Assembly (NCBI GenBank): GCA_037441145.1
Contig: JBBISR010000007.1
Span: 24,988 to 88,987, forward strand
DNA length: 64,000 nucleotides
Direction: 5' to 3'
Origin: Armatimonadota bacterium
GTDB lineage: Bacteria > Vulcanimicrobiota > Vulcanimicrobiia > Vulcanimicrobiales > Vulcanimicrobiaceae
The position numbers were made by a program, and so were the translations under genes. Within the stretch, counting starts at the first letter, position 1. The number at the start of each line of letters is the position of its first letter. Positions 53,286 through 63,428 of the stretch are shown piece by piece. Under the pieces are notes generated by a model, which was not told the origin of the DNA, did no database searches, and saw only the letters and a program-made list of their open reading frames with translations.

Positions 53286-54155
53286 GTGCTCGTGAAAGAA
53301 CTCTTGCCGAAATCCGCTCTCGCCGCGCCGTTCGTCACGCACGATGCGGGTGCGCTCCGCGCCGCGATCGTCGCCCGTCCCGCCGCCGCCGTCGAAACGC
53401 TCGCGCCGCTTGCGTCCGAGCCGTCGCCGATCTTCGACCGCGCGCTCGAACAGCACGGGATCATGGTGTCGCGTTTGCGCGCGGCGGGTGTGGCGGTCAC
53501 GGTGCTCGATGCGCCTGCGGCAACGGCCTCGGGTGCGTTCGTTACCGACGCGGCGGCGATCGTCGCGAACGGCGCGATTTTGATGCGGCCGAGCGCGCTC
53601 GATCGCCGCGCGGAAGTCGCGAGCGTCGAAGTCGCGTTGCGCGAACTCGGCGTGCCGATCGTCGGCGCGATCGCCGCTCCCGGCTTACTCGATGGCGGCG
53701 ACGTTGTCATCGCGGGCGATGTGGCATATGTCGGCGTTGCCGCGAGTACCGGGATGCTCGGCGCGCCACGATCGAACGCGTTTGGCCGCGCACAATTCGC
53801 CGAGCTCGCGCGCGCCGCGGGCCTTCGGGTCGTCGAGATCGCGATGGCGAGCGACGTGCACCGGCTTCGCAACGTGTTTTCGCTCGTTGCGAACGATCTC
53901 GCGATCGTCGCGGCGGATAAAGTCGACGCGAGCGTGCTCGGCTCGCTGACGCTCGTGCACGTTCCGAAGGGCGAGCAGTATGCGGCGGGCGTCCTCGTCC
54001 TCGGGAAGAAACGCGTGCTCGGCAATCTCCGCTTTCGCGAGTCGATCGCGATGCTGAAAAAGGCGCGCGTCGCCGTCGAATCGATCGATCTTTGGGAGTT
54101 CGGCAAAGCCGGATACGGCCCGAACATGTTGGTACTTCCGGTCAAACGCGGATAG
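53286..54155 (+). CDS. amidinotransferase/DDAH-fold protein
   Basis: FVTDAA..., LLDGGDVVIAGDVAYVGV..., RSNAFG and DVHRLRNVF are DDAH/arginine-deiminase-superfamily landmarks. The C-terminal segment reads EFGKAGYGPNMLVL, with no Cys where the nucleophile is expected. Confidence 0.65.
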   Translation: MLVKELLPKSALAAPFVTHDAGALRAAIVARPAAAVETLAPLASEPSPIFDRALEQHGIMVSRLRAAGVAVTVLDAPAATASGAFVTDAAAIVANGAILMRPSALDRRAEVASVEVALRELGVPIVGAIAAPGLLDGGDVVIAGDVAYVGVAASTGMLGAPRSNAFGRAQFAELARAAGLRVVEIAMASDVHRLRNVFSLVANDLAIVAADKVDASVLGSLTLVHVPKGEQYAAGVLVLGKKRVLGNLRFRESIAMLKKARVAVESIDLWEFGKAGYGPNMLVLPVKRG

Positions 54156-54163
54156 CCGCTCGC

Positions 54164-54829
54164 GTGCAAACGACCGCGCTCGTTCCGCTCTATACGGACC
54201 CGGGCGAGGTTTGGGATGCGCTGATCGCCGCCGTTACGTCCGCCGCGCCGAGTGACGTGCTCGTGATCGCGAATCCGAACAGCGGTCCCGATACCGTGCC
54301 ACGCGCGGATTATGCAGCCGGGATCGCCGCGTTGCGCGCGGCGGGGATCGCGGTTGCGGGTTACGTTTCGACGCGGTACGGCGCGCGCGCGACGGACGAG
54401 GTCGCATCCGAAATCGCCGCATGGCAAGCGTGGTATGGCATCGATGCGATCTTTTTCGACGAGGTGGCCTCCGCGCCGGAATGGGTCGCGCACTATCGCG
54501 AAATGACGGACGACGCGCGCGCCTGCGGGATCGTGTTTGGGATCGGGAATCCGGGGACCGTCCCCGATCCGGGATATGCGGAAATCTTCGAGGTGATCGT
54601 GATGCACGAGAACGACGGATTTCCCGATGCCGCAAGCCTCGCGGCAACGGCCGCGTTCGGCCGAGAGCGGCTCGCCGCGATCGCGATGCGCACGCCCTTC
54701 GACGCCGAGACGATGGCCGCACTCGCCGAGCGCGTGCGCTTTCTCTTTACGACCGATGCGGGCCCGGGGCAAGACTATGCATCGTTACCGCGCGATTTTG
54801 TGGCGCTCTTGCGGCTCGTTGCGAAGTAA
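54164..54829 (+). CDS. spherulation-specific family 4 (Spherulin-4-like) protein
   Basis: LVPLYTDPGEVWDAL...LVIANPNSGP...AGYVSTRYGAR...IDAIFFDEV matches the family pattern. GTG at 54164. Confidence 0.7.
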   Translation: MQTTALVPLYTDPGEVWDALIAAVTSAAPSDVLVIANPNSGPDTVPRADYAAGIAALRAAGIAVAGYVSTRYGARATDEVASEIAAWQAWYGIDAIFFDEVASAPEWVAHYREMTDDARACGIVFGIGNPGTVPDPGYAEIFEVIVMHENDGFPDAASLAATAAFGRERLAAIAMRTPFDAETMAALAERVRFLFTTDAGPGQDYASLPRDFVALLRLVAK

Positions 54830-54877
54830 CCGCGGGCGACCTGCGCGAAAGGGGCTTGCCCGACAAGGAGCCTTGAA

Positions 54878-55606
54878 TTGCGCGTTGCCATCGTTTCGGA
54901 CGTGCACGGTAATCTCCGTGCCCTCGATGCTTGTCTCGACGATCTCGCACGCGAAGGCGGGGCCGATGTGCTGGTAGCTGCCGGCGATTTCTGCATGGAC
55001 GGGCCGAAGCCGCGTCGCGTGCTCGAACGCTTGCAAGAACGCGGTGCGGTGTGCATCCGCGGTAACACCGAACGCTACATCGCGATGGAATCGATCGATT
55101 CGTTTGCCGTCGAAGAGCGCGAAGCGATCCTCTGGCAACGCGATCAACTCGGCGAAGCGTGGCTTGCGTGGATGCGCGCGCTCCCGTTCTCGATGACGTT
55201 CGGCGAGGGGCACGATCGGCTTTTCGTCTCGCATGCAAATCCGAAAACCGATGACGAGCACGTGTGGCCCGATGCCGACGATGCTTCGCTCGAACGCCTT
55301 TTCGGCGACGTCGATGCGAGCGCGTTCGCGTTCGGCCATCTGCATCTGCCGTACGTGCGTGCGTGGCGCGGGAAGTTACTCGTCAACGTTTCCTCGGCGG
55401 GCTTGCCGAAGGACGGCGATCCGCGCGCACACTACGCGATCCTCACGCAGCGTTCCGGCGGCTGGCAAGTGCGGAGTCGGCGGGTGGATTTCGATGTCGA
55501 GAAGACCGCACGCGATTTGGAACGATCCGGTATCCCGCAGCTTGTGAAACGACGGAAAGTCCTCGAACGCCACCGTTACAAAGCGCTCGGTGCGATCGTT
55601 CCGTAG
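54878..55606 (+). CDS. cytoplasmic metallophosphoesterase (YfcE/MJ0936-like)
   Basis: Contains RVAIVSDVHGN, AAGDF, RGNTE and FGHLH. The TTG at 54878 is preceded by AAGGAG. Confidence 0.8.
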   Translation: MRVAIVSDVHGNLRALDACLDDLAREGGADVLVAAGDFCMDGPKPRRVLERLQERGAVCIRGNTERYIAMESIDSFAVEEREAILWQRDQLGEAWLAWMRALPFSMTFGEGHDRLFVSHANPKTDDEHVWPDADDASLERLFGDVDASAFAFGHLHLPYVRAWRGKLLVNVSSAGLPKDGDPRAHYAILTQRSGGWQVRSRRVDFDVEKTARDLERSGIPQLVKRRKVLERHRYKALGAIVP

Positions 55607-56009
55607 GGCGCTCGCACTTGCGTGCGCTGCGGCACTGGTCGGCTGTGCCGGAACGCCGCAAAGCGATCGCGTGACGGTCGGCGCGCCCGAACCGACGCGC
55701 GAGCCCGTACCGTATGCCTTTCATAGCGATCCCGTGCGCATCTCTTCGGTCTGGGTTTCGCAAGATCGGATGAAGGCAGGCGATGTCGTGCGCTTCCGCG
55801 TCGTAACGACGACGAACGCCGGCGCCGTCTCCGCGCGCGTGGAGAGCATCGCGAAACCGCTCGATCGCCCGACGTACGGGGTGTTCACGGGATCGATCGT
55901 CGTGCCGCAGCTGCCGGCATTCTTGCGGCGCACGTACGACGTCATCGTTACGGCGTACGGCGAGGGCGCGGCGCACGACGACATCCGCATCCCGATCGCG
56001 ATCGAATAG
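55590..56009 (+). CDS. lipoprotein, unknown function
   Basis: MRSFRRALALACAAALVGC|AG contains a lipobox. The GTG start overlaps the preceding gene by 17 nt. Confidence 0.55.
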   Translation: MRSFRRALALACAAALVGCAGTPQSDRVTVGAPEPTREPVPYAFHSDPVRISSVWVSQDRMKAGDVVRFRVVTTTNAGAVSARVESIAKPLDRPTYGVFTGSIVVPQLPAFLRRTYDVIVTAYGEGAAHDDIRIPIAIE

Positions 56010-56021
56010 CGATCGAAACGG

Positions 56022-58643
56022 CTAGCGATCGAACGGCATCAGCCGCTCGGTTCGTAGGAGCCGAAGGTCGTCGTCGAATCGCGTCGGTCGGATCGTGAAG
56101 CGGCTCGGATCCGCGATGCGCCCGCCCGCGAGGAGTTCGGCTCGCGCGGCCGCGGCGACGCCGTTGAGTGCGAGCGCACTCTGCAGCCCGGAGACGGTCG
56201 TTCCGAGGGACGCGATGCCGACGAGCGATGCGATCGCGACGAGCGCGAGTCGAGCTCGCGGGCGCTCGCGCACGCACGCCGATGCCGCGAGGCCGACGAG
56301 TGCGATCCAAAGATCGATACCGATCGTCGTATAGCGCGACGTGAGCGCGGCATCCGCGCCATACGATGCGCGCCCGATCGCCTCCAGGATCGCGCCACCG
56401 CATGCAAATGCACCGATCCCAAGAAACGCAAGCGAGTCGGGTGCCGATGCGAAGCGCCGCGCGGTGGTGCGGATCGCGCTTGCGAGAAAGGCGAGCAGCC
56501 CGAGCGTACCGAGCAGTTGCGCGACGACCGTCGGCGCGCCGAGTGCGAGCGGAGCGCCGAGATACCCGACGAGAAACGCGAGGCCGCTACCGTCGAGTGC
56601 GAGGTGCGTCGCGCCGAGTTGGCCGCCCGGCGGGTGGTAGTCGATGAGAAAGAGCGTGCCGCTCGCGAGCGCGATCGCGGCCCAGATCGCGAACGCGCGG
56701 ACGCGCTTCTGCGCGAGCAGGATCGCGCCGCCGATCGGCCAGATGAGCGTGCCGAGGATAAGCGCGTACGTCGCGCCGATCGCGCAGGCAAGCGCGATGC
56801 CGAACCCTAGCCGCGTGGAGCGCGCGAGCGCTGCGAACGCGCCGAACGCGCACGCGTTGGTCAGGAACCAGGCAACTTGGAAACCCCACAACCAATTTTC
56901 CATTTGCGCGAACGAATAGACGAGTAGCGCGCAAGCTGCCAGCGCCACGATCGTCGAGCGACGCGTACGTGCGAAGAGCGAGGCAACGATGCCGAAACTC
57001 GCGCTTGCGAATACGATGCTCGCAGCGGCTTCGCTCCACACATGCCAACCGACGGCACGCACGATGCCGAGCGCGAGCACGGTCGGAACGATGCTGCGAT
57101 GCACGTTCTGCGCCGCCCACAGTTCGGAGAAGGCGAGTGTGCCAGCGTGCGCGTGCGCGACGATCGGAATCCAGAGCCACTCGTCGTAGAGCGGTACGTC
57201 CACCGCAAACGCCCGGACGACGGCACCCGTCGCAGCGATGCCGAGCGTGCCCGCGACGATCGCCACACCAAGCGTTACGCGCGAGGAGACGTGCACGACG
57301 GCGCGCGGACGCTCCGCCCGTTGCGTTCGCGCCGCAGGATGCGTGCGCGAACGAGTACGGGCGATGCGCCGCGCGAGCAAACCGCCCTGCGTTAGCCCGA
57401 AGAGCGCGAGAAAGGCAACGGAAGTGAAGTACGCGCTTGCGGGTGCGTCGCGCCGCGCTTCGCGACAGTCGCGCAAACGAGCGCGCGCGAAATAGCCCTG
57501 CGCCCAGCCATCGACGCGCGTCGGTTCGAGCGTCGCCGAACCGCAGCGCGCGACGAACGCCGGATCGTATGGCCGATCGGTCGCGATGACGGTGCCTTTT
57601 TCGAGCCGCTCGGGAAAACGCGCGATGGGATGCGCATCGAGCGGGATGCCGTGAGCCTGCGCGGCTCGTTTCATATCGTCGGCAAGGGCGGCATCGGCGC
57701 CGAAGTAGCGCGCCGCTTCGATCGGGATCACGCGCAGCGGAGCGTCATCTGTCGAAAAGCGGACGCTTCGGATCGGACGGTCGAAAGCGACCACGGTCCA
57801 TCGTGGCGTCGCGGCGCGATCGTCGGCGCGCAACACGTGCGCTTGCGGCACGATGCGCGCGACGCTCTGAGAACGCGTGCCGAGAACGAGCACCGCATCG
57901 GCGGAAGTGGCGAAGCGAAATCCGTCGCCGTCGTGGAGCGCATCGGGAAAGCGCATGGGGTCGCCGATGACTTCCCCGAGCACGCGCTCGAGGCGGCGAG
58001 CGGGGTCCACGATCTCGGCTGCCGCCCATGGGCGCGGGTCGTCGGTCAGGACGGCCCGATCGAGCGCGGGCAACATCCGTGCGAGTCGATCGGCGGGTTC
58101 TGCGGTTACGCGAACGATCGTCGTACTCGCACGCAACGCCGCGCGCTTCGCTCCGGTGAAGACGATCCGTGGCGTCGCGCCGGCCGGCATGACGATCGCC
58201 GTGACGCCCAAATACCGCAACGCGCGCGCGGCGTAATCGGGATCGCGCTCGCGCACGATGCGTTCGAACGACGCGTCGGGGACGAACACGTTCGGCCGTA
58301 AGTGCGCGAACAACCGCGCGTCGCCCGCGCCTGCGAGCCAGGCGACGCGGCCGCCGCGAGCACTCGCGGCGTCGGCGAGCGCGAGGGTTGCGCGGTCGTG
58401 CAGCGTGCCTGCGATCCCCACGCCGATGGCCCACACGAAGAGCACGATCGCGACGACGAAAAACCGGCGGGCCGCCGCGCCGAGCGCCGATCCGAAAATC
58501 GCGCACGCGCTTGCGGCGATTGCGACCGCAAGCGGAACGTGGGCGAAGAAGTCCGCGCTCCATGCCGGGCGCGGTGCGTCCGGCCACGCGAGGTAAGCGC
58601 TAGCGCTAGCGAGCGCCGCGATCCCGAGTGACGTTCGCAGCAT
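56022..58643 (-). CDS. large polytopic membrane protein (873 aa), unknown function
   Basis: Two N-terminal TM helices, a ~350-aa soluble region, then ~12 TM helices. The composition is coding-like throughout, and all overlapping ORFs are Arg-rich shadows. Confidence 0.7.
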   Translation of the reverse strand: MLRTSLGIAALASASAYLAWPDAPRPAWSADFFAHVPLAVAIAASACAIFGSALGAAARRFFVVAIVLFVWAIGVGIAGTLHDRATLALADAASARGGRVAWLAGAGDARLFAHLRPNVFVPDASFERIVRERDPDYAARALRYLGVTAIVMPAGATPRIVFTGAKRAALRASTTIVRVTAEPADRLARMLPALDRAVLTDDPRPWAAAEIVDPARRLERVLGEVIGDPMRFPDALHDGDGFRFATSADAVLVLGTRSQSVARIVPQAHVLRADDRAATPRWTVVAFDRPIRSVRFSTDDAPLRVIPIEAARYFGADAALADDMKRAAQAHGIPLDAHPIARFPERLEKGTVIATDRPYDPAFVARCGSATLEPTRVDGWAQGYFARARLRDCREARRDAPASAYFTSVAFLALFGLTQGGLLARRIARTRSRTHPAARTQRAERPRAVVHVSSRVTLGVAIVAGTLGIAATGAVVRAFAVDVPLYDEWLWIPIVAHAHAGTLAFSELWAAQNVHRSIVPTVLALGIVRAVGWHVWSEAAASIVFASASFGIVASLFARTRRSTIVALAACALLVYSFAQMENWLWGFQVAWFLTNACAFGAFAALARSTRLGFGIALACAIGATYALILGTLIWPIGGAILLAQKRVRAFAIWAAIALASGTLFLIDYHPPGGQLGATHLALDGSGLAFLVGYLGAPLALGAPTVVAQLLGTLGLLAFLASAIRTTARRFASAPDSLAFLGIGAFACGGAILEAIGRASYGADAALTSRYTTIGIDLWIALVGLAASACVRERPRARLALVAIASLVGIASLGTTVSGLQSALALNGVAAAARAELLAGGRIADPSRFTIRPTRFDDDLRLLRTERLMPFDR

Positions 58644-58721
58644 CCTCGCGCAATTACACCCGGCACGCCACGTTTACTTCGACGGCATGTGCTCGCGATT
58701 GGGACCGCGTAGCCATATGAA

Positions 58722-59639
58722 GTGGTGGTTCCGGCAATCGAAATCTCTCAGCTCCGCAAGCAGTATGGCGCGTTTACCGCCGTGCACGATATCTCGCTCA
58801 CCGTCCCCGCGGGGGCGTTCTTCGGTTTTCTCGGGCCCAACGGCGCGGGAAAGACGACGACGATCAACGCGATGGTTGGCCTTGTCAAGATCACCTCGGG
58901 CGCGATCCGGCTCTTCGGCCACGACGTCGTTACGGATTGGCGTGCCGCACGCACGCGGGTCGGTCTCGCGCCGCAAGAGTACAACTTCGATCGCTACCTT
59001 TCGATCCGCGATATCCTGATCTATCAGGCGGGCTATTACGGGCTCGCGGGCCCGGAAGTCGGTCGCCGTGCCGACGCCTTGCTCAAACGATTCCAGCTCG
59101 ATACGAAAGCGCGCGAGGGGTACACGCGGCTCTCCGGCGGCATGAAGCGGCGCCTCACCCTCGCCCGCGCGCTGATCCACGAGCCGCAGCTGCTCATCTT
59201 GGACGAGCCCACCGCCGGCGTCGATGTCGAACTCCGTTTGGAATTGTGGGATTTCTTACGCGAGCTCAATGCGGGTGGGATGACGATCGTCCTTACGACC
59301 CACTATCTCGAAGAAGCGGAAACGCTTTGCAACGAGATCGGGATCATCGAGGGCGGCCGGCTCGTCGCATTGCAATCGACCGCATCGCTCGTCGCGACGC
59401 AAAACCAGACTTCCGTCGCGATCACGCTGGATCGCCCGATCCGCGCACTTCCCGAATCGCTCGCCGCACGCGGAACGCGCTTCGAACCGGGCACGATGCT
59501 GCTTCAGGTACCGGGCGTCTCGCCGAGCGAGATCCGCAGCGTGCTCGAAGAGATCGAAGCCGCGGGCCTGGTCGTTGTGGATATCGATTTCAAGCGCGGC
59601 ACCTTACAAGATGTGTTCCTGGAGCTCACGCGCCGATGA
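58722..59639 (+). CDS. ABC transporter ATP-binding protein (ABC-2/DrrA-like exporter)
   Basis: Walker A is GFLGPNGAGKTT, the signature is LSGGMKRR and Walker B is LLILDEPTAGVD. Confidence 0.9.
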   Translation: MVVPAIEISQLRKQYGAFTAVHDISLTVPAGAFFGFLGPNGAGKTTTINAMVGLVKITSGAIRLFGHDVVTDWRAARTRVGLAPQEYNFDRYLSIRDILIYQAGYYGLAGPEVGRRADALLKRFQLDTKAREGYTRLSGGMKRRLTLARALIHEPQLLILDEPTAGVDVELRLELWDFLRELNAGGMTIVLTTHYLEEAETLCNEIGIIEGGRLVALQSTASLVATQNQTSVAITLDRPIRALPESLAARGTRFEPGTMLLQVPGVSPSEIRSVLEEIEAAGLVVVDIDFKRGTLQDVFLELTRR

Positions 59640-60406
59640 TCGTCGTCAACACCGTCGGATTTCAAACGCTGGTCAAACGCGAGATCGTGCGTACGTTCGC
59701 GGTCATCAATCAGGTGATTTGGCCGCCGATCATCACGACGCTGCTCTACATCTTCGTGTTTGGGCTCGCCCTCGGAAGCCGCATCAAGGACGTGCAGGGC
59801 GTGCCCTATGCGATGTTCCTGATCCCCGGTTTGATCATGTTGCAAGTGATCGACGGAACTTACGGCGAGACTTCCAGCTCCGTGTTCCAAGGGCGCTTCC
59901 TCAACCATATCCAGGAAGTGCTGATCGCGCCGATTTCCGCCGTCGAACTCGTGCTCGGCTATATCGTCGCGGGGATCGTGCGCGCGTTCATCATCGCCGC
60001 GCTCATCACGATCATCGGCATCGTGTTCGTGCACACGTGGCCCGCGAATTGGCCACTCTATCTCGGCGTGATCGTGCTGGTGGCAACGCTGTTTTCCGCG
60101 CTCGGCATCATCTTTGGCCTGATGGCGGAAAAGTTCGATCACATCGCCGTGCTCACGACGTTTGCGATCACGCCGCTCGTGTTCGTCGGCGGCGTGTTCA
60201 CCTCGACGCAATTCTTGCCGCCCGTCGTGCGTCAGATCAGCTACATCAACCCGATGTTCCACATGATCGACGCGTTTCGGTACGCGTTTACGGGGCGCGG
60301 TGACGTGCCGCTCGGGGTCTCGCTCGGCGTCGTCGCAACGCTCACGGTAATCTTCGTTGCAATCGCGCTGCGTATGACGGCGATCGGCTACAAACTCCGC
60401 ACGTAG
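59636..60406 (+). CDS. ABC-2 type transporter permease
   Basis: ATGA overlap with the ATPase gene. A 6-TM ABC-2 pattern with the C-terminal INPMFHMIDAFRY. Confidence 0.85.
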   Translation: MIVVNTVGFQTLVKREIVRTFAVINQVIWPPIITTLLYIFVFGLALGSRIKDVQGVPYAMFLIPGLIMLQVIDGTYGETSSSVFQGRFLNHIQEVLIAPISAVELVLGYIVAGIVRAFIIAALITIIGIVFVHTWPANWPLYLGVIVLVATLFSALGIIFGLMAEKFDHIAVLTTFAITPLVFVGGVFTSTQFLPPVVRQISYINPMFHMIDAFRYAFTGRGDVPLGVSLGVVATLTVIFVAIALRMTAIGYKLRT

Positions 60407-60440
60407 CTGCGGCGCAACCGTCCGGGCCGTTCCAGGCGTC

Positions 60441-62051
60441 GTGCGCTCCATGCGCCGAATCGCCCTCGCCCTCGCTCTTGGTTGCTCCCTCGTTGGTACG
60501 GCCCGCGTCGCTTCGGCCGCGCCGGGTGCCGTCGTCGGCCAACCCGCGCCCGCGTTTTCGCTCAAGACGCTCGATGGGAAATCCGTCTCGCTCGCGACGT
60601 ACCGCGGGCAGACGATCGTACTCAACGTGTGGGGCTCGTGGTGTCCGCCGTGCCGTCTCGAACAGCCGGACCTGAACCGAACCGCGCGTACGCTCGCGCG
60701 CGAGCACGTGGTGATTCTCGGCATCGATACGACCGAGACCGCGGAGACCGTCCGCGCGTTCGTTGCGGCGAAAAACATCCCGTACGCGGAAGTCGCGACG
60801 ACGACCGCCTCGCCGTTCGCACGCGATTACGATATTCGTAATTACCCGACGACGATCGTGATCGACCCGTCGGGGATCGTCCGTGCCGTGCACGCCGATA
60901 ACGTGTTGCCGCCGGCGCAGTTGCACGCATACATCGAAGCGGCACGTCAGGGGCGGACCGCGCCGCTCGCATCCGCAGAGCAGCGGCGCCTCGATGCGTT
61001 GCTCGCGCCCGCGCGGTATCCGTTCACCGGAGATCCCGCGGCGATCGTCGCGAGCGTGCGCGAAGCCGCCACCGCGATCGCGAAAGCGGATAACGAACTC
61101 GACGATGCCATGATCGATCCCGCGCGCGATCACGATTTGCTCCGCACGCGGACGGAACAGCGCATCCTGCGCGACGTCGCGCTCGCCGCGTTGACGCCGA
61201 TCGCGACCGTGCCCGCAGATCGTGCGTTGCTCGCGCGACTGCAGGGCGACCAGCGCGCGGATCGCGGCGAATGGGCGAACGCGAACGAAGCCTATGGAAA
61301 CGCGCTTGCGATCGATCCGAAAGATACGCGTGCGCTCTCCGGCCGTGCGTACGTCGCGAGCAAACTCGACGATTACGCAACCGTCGTCGCGGCGGACGAA
61401 GCGATCGCGGAGCTCGCGCCATCTACCGGTTCGTTCGAAGCGCTCGGCCGCGCGCAGGCGCGTGCGGGCAAAAGAGCCGAGAGCTACGCGTCGTTCGACA
61501 AAGCGGCAACGCTCGCGACTTCGGATTCGTCGCTCGCACATCTCTCGCTGTACGCCGCGCGTTCGGCGCTACTCTTCGGCGATCGCGCGCGCGCGAAGGC
61601 ACTCTTCACGCGTGCGGGGATCGCGGCGCAGCGCATTCCCGAAAACGATCTGCAACGCACGTTGTTTTTGGAACAAGCGCAGGAGGGTGCGATCGCCCTC
61701 GGTCTCATGCACGGCGCGCAGGCGCAGATCTCGCTCGCGCCGTGGACGGGCCCGGATCTTCCAGGTTCGCTTGCGAGCACGGCAAAGTACCGTCTCGTCG
61801 TCGTCGGAACGCCGCAAGCGAGCGTGACGATGCTCGCGGACGGCTTGCCAAACGGCTGGATCGCGTCGTTTTGCAGCGATAAGATTTGCTCGCCGTTCCA
61901 AAGCACGATTCGCGTACCGGCCGATGGCGTGAAGATCGTCGAATTGCAGATCGTGCCGCGCGGCGCCGAGCGTAGGATCGTTTCCGTGCGCGTCCGCGCG
62001 ACCTCGGGTGGCAAGGCCGTCGGCACCGTGGCAACGACGGTCGCGATTTAA
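60441..62051 (+). CDS. secreted TlpA/ResA-like thioredoxin-fold protein fused to TPR repeats and a C-terminal beta domain
   Basis: Signal peptide. APAFSLKTLDGKSVSLATYRGQTIVLNVWGSWCPPCRLEQPDL carries the CxxC motif. The central region has TPR-like A..AY..AL..DP units. Confidence 0.8.
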   Translation: MRSMRRIALALALGCSLVGTARVASAAPGAVVGQPAPAFSLKTLDGKSVSLATYRGQTIVLNVWGSWCPPCRLEQPDLNRTARTLAREHVVILGIDTTETAETVRAFVAAKNIPYAEVATTTASPFARDYDIRNYPTTIVIDPSGIVRAVHADNVLPPAQLHAYIEAARQGRTAPLASAEQRRLDALLAPARYPFTGDPAAIVASVREAATAIAKADNELDDAMIDPARDHDLLRTRTEQRILRDVALAALTPIATVPADRALLARLQGDQRADRGEWANANEAYGNALAIDPKDTRALSGRAYVASKLDDYATVVAADEAIAELAPSTGSFEALGRAQARAGKRAESYASFDKAATLATSDSSLAHLSLYAARSALLFGDRARAKALFTRAGIAAQRIPENDLQRTLFLEQAQEGAIALGLMHGAQAQISLAPWTGPDLPGSLASTAKYRLVVVGTPQASVTMLADGLPNGWIASFCSDKICSPFQSTIRVPADGVKIVELQIVPRGAERRIVSVRVRATSGGKAVGTVATTVAI

Positions 62052-62057
62052 TAACGG

Positions 62058-62837
62058 TTGCACGGTAAGCCGATGATCGCCGTTGCCGTCGACGCCGCGC
62101 GCCAGGCGGGAGCGCTCCTCGCCGCCCGCTTTGGCGGGCCGCTCCAGATCGCCGAGAAGGCGCGCCGTAACGACCTCGTTACCGACGCCGATCGGGCCAG
62201 CGAGGCGTTGATCGTGCAACTGTTACGCGCCGCGACACCGCATGCTGCGACTCTCGGCGAGGAGGGTGGTACGACGGCCGGTACGAGCGACGAGCGCTGG
62301 ATCGTCGATCCGCTCGACGGCACGACCAATTTCGCGCACGGTTATCCGTTCTGGTGCGTTTCGATCGCGTACGAACGCGCCGGAATCGTCGAGGCGGGCG
62401 CCATTTACGCGCCGCTCTTCGGCGAGATGTACGCCGCCGTTCGCAACGGCGGCGCGACCTGTAACGACGTTCCGATTTGCGTCACCGACCCCGTCGCGCT
62501 CGGCGATGCGTTCGTGTGCACGGGTTTCAAGCCCGACGATTACGCGCGCAACGGCGATGCATTTGCGGCTGCATCGCGCGCCGCGCAAGGCGTGCGTCGC
62601 GACGGGTCGGCCGCACTCGATCTGGCGTTTACGGCACGCGGGCGTTTCGATGGCTTCTGGGAATTCGATCTCGCGCCGTGGGACATCGCCGCTGGCGCGT
62701 TGCTCGTGCGCGAAGCGGGCGGGATCGTCACGACGCTCACCGGGAGCGCGCACGACGTTGTGAGCCCGCATATTCTCGCCGCGGGGGCCGCGCTGCACCC
62801 GCAACTCGTTTCGTTGCTTTCACCCTTCGCGAAATAG
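62058..62837 (+). CDS. inositol monophosphatase family protein (SuhB-like)
   Basis: LGEEGG...WIVDPLDGTTNFAHG...AALDLAF...WDIAAGALLVREAGG. Start is TTG 62058 or ATG 62073. Confidence 0.85.
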   Translation: MHGKPMIAVAVDAARQAGALLAARFGGPLQIAEKARRNDLVTDADRASEALIVQLLRAATPHAATLGEEGGTTAGTSDERWIVDPLDGTTNFAHGYPFWCVSIAYERAGIVEAGAIYAPLFGEMYAAVRNGGATCNDVPICVTDPVALGDAFVCTGFKPDDYARNGDAFAAASRAAQGVRRDGSAALDLAFTARGRFDGFWEFDLAPWDIAAGALLVREAGGIVTTLTGSAHDVVSPHILAAGAALHPQLVSLLSPFAK

Positions 62838-63055
62838 AAGGCATCCAAGAACTTTGAACTTTGCGCGCGCGTTGCGGGAGACGGTCACACTCCCAACACG
62901 CGAGCGGAGTGAGATGCGCGTCCTCGACAACGACACGAAAAACGGTTACACAGCGTAGCACCCGGACGAGCACATCCCGCCGCGCCTGATCGCCGCACGC
63001 GGTGCATCCACTACTCCGAGAGGGCCTTTAGCCGCCTTTTCATACTGTGATACTG

Positions 63056-63065
63056 ATGATATCAT
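63056..63065. promoter_or_regulatory. 10-bp perfect palindrome ATGATATCAT in an AT-rich stretch upstream of the RHH gene
   Basis: It lies within catactgtgatactgATGATATCATgatatga, ~73 nt upstream of ATG 63138. It is a plausible autoregulatory operator or -10 region, but this rests on position only. Confidence 0.2.
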
Positions 63066-63137
63066 GATATGAAGACATTACATTTCTTCGGACGGTTGGC
63101 AAACGCGTTACCGTCAAATCGAAAAGGACAAAAAGAT

Positions 63138-63428
63138 ATGTCGGAACGTGGTAAGGCATCGAGCGGCGCCGTAAAGCAAGTCCCGCTACGCCTCGAACCA
63201 GAGCTCTACGAAGAACTCGCGCGTCGATCGGCTATCGAGCAAAAGTCGATGAATACGATCGTTCGCGAAGCGCTTCGCGCGCAATTCGACACCGTTCGAA
63301 TCACCAAATCACAACTCCATGCTGCGATCACGCGCATCGCTCGTGACGACAGCGAAATACTCGCCAAATTAGCGGGCCCTGAAACGGAAAACACCGACGA
63401 ATGCAAGGCTGTTCTATCTCGCGCCTGA
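63138..63428 (+). CDS. ribbon-helix-helix (Arc/CopG/HicB-C-like) DNA-binding protein, orphan
   Basis: VPLRLEPELYEELARRSAIEQKSMNTIVREALRAQF is an RHH beta-strand plus two helices. The ATG at 63138 has an AAGGA RBS. The region has low GC (a hand count of 63061-63120 gives 42%). Confidence 0.6.
   Translation: MSERGKASSGAVKQVPLRLEPELYEELARRSAIEQKSMNTIVREALRAQFDTVRITKSQLHAAITRIARDDSEILAKLAGPETENTDECKAVLSRA

Noticed and set aside
49367-54772. Minus-strand ORFs 49367-50725, 51333-52865 and 53156-54772 (450-540 aa each)
   Set aside because: They are antisense to the MocR, propeller-phosphoesterase, DDAH-like and Spherulin-4-like genes, and are Arg-rich with low complexity.
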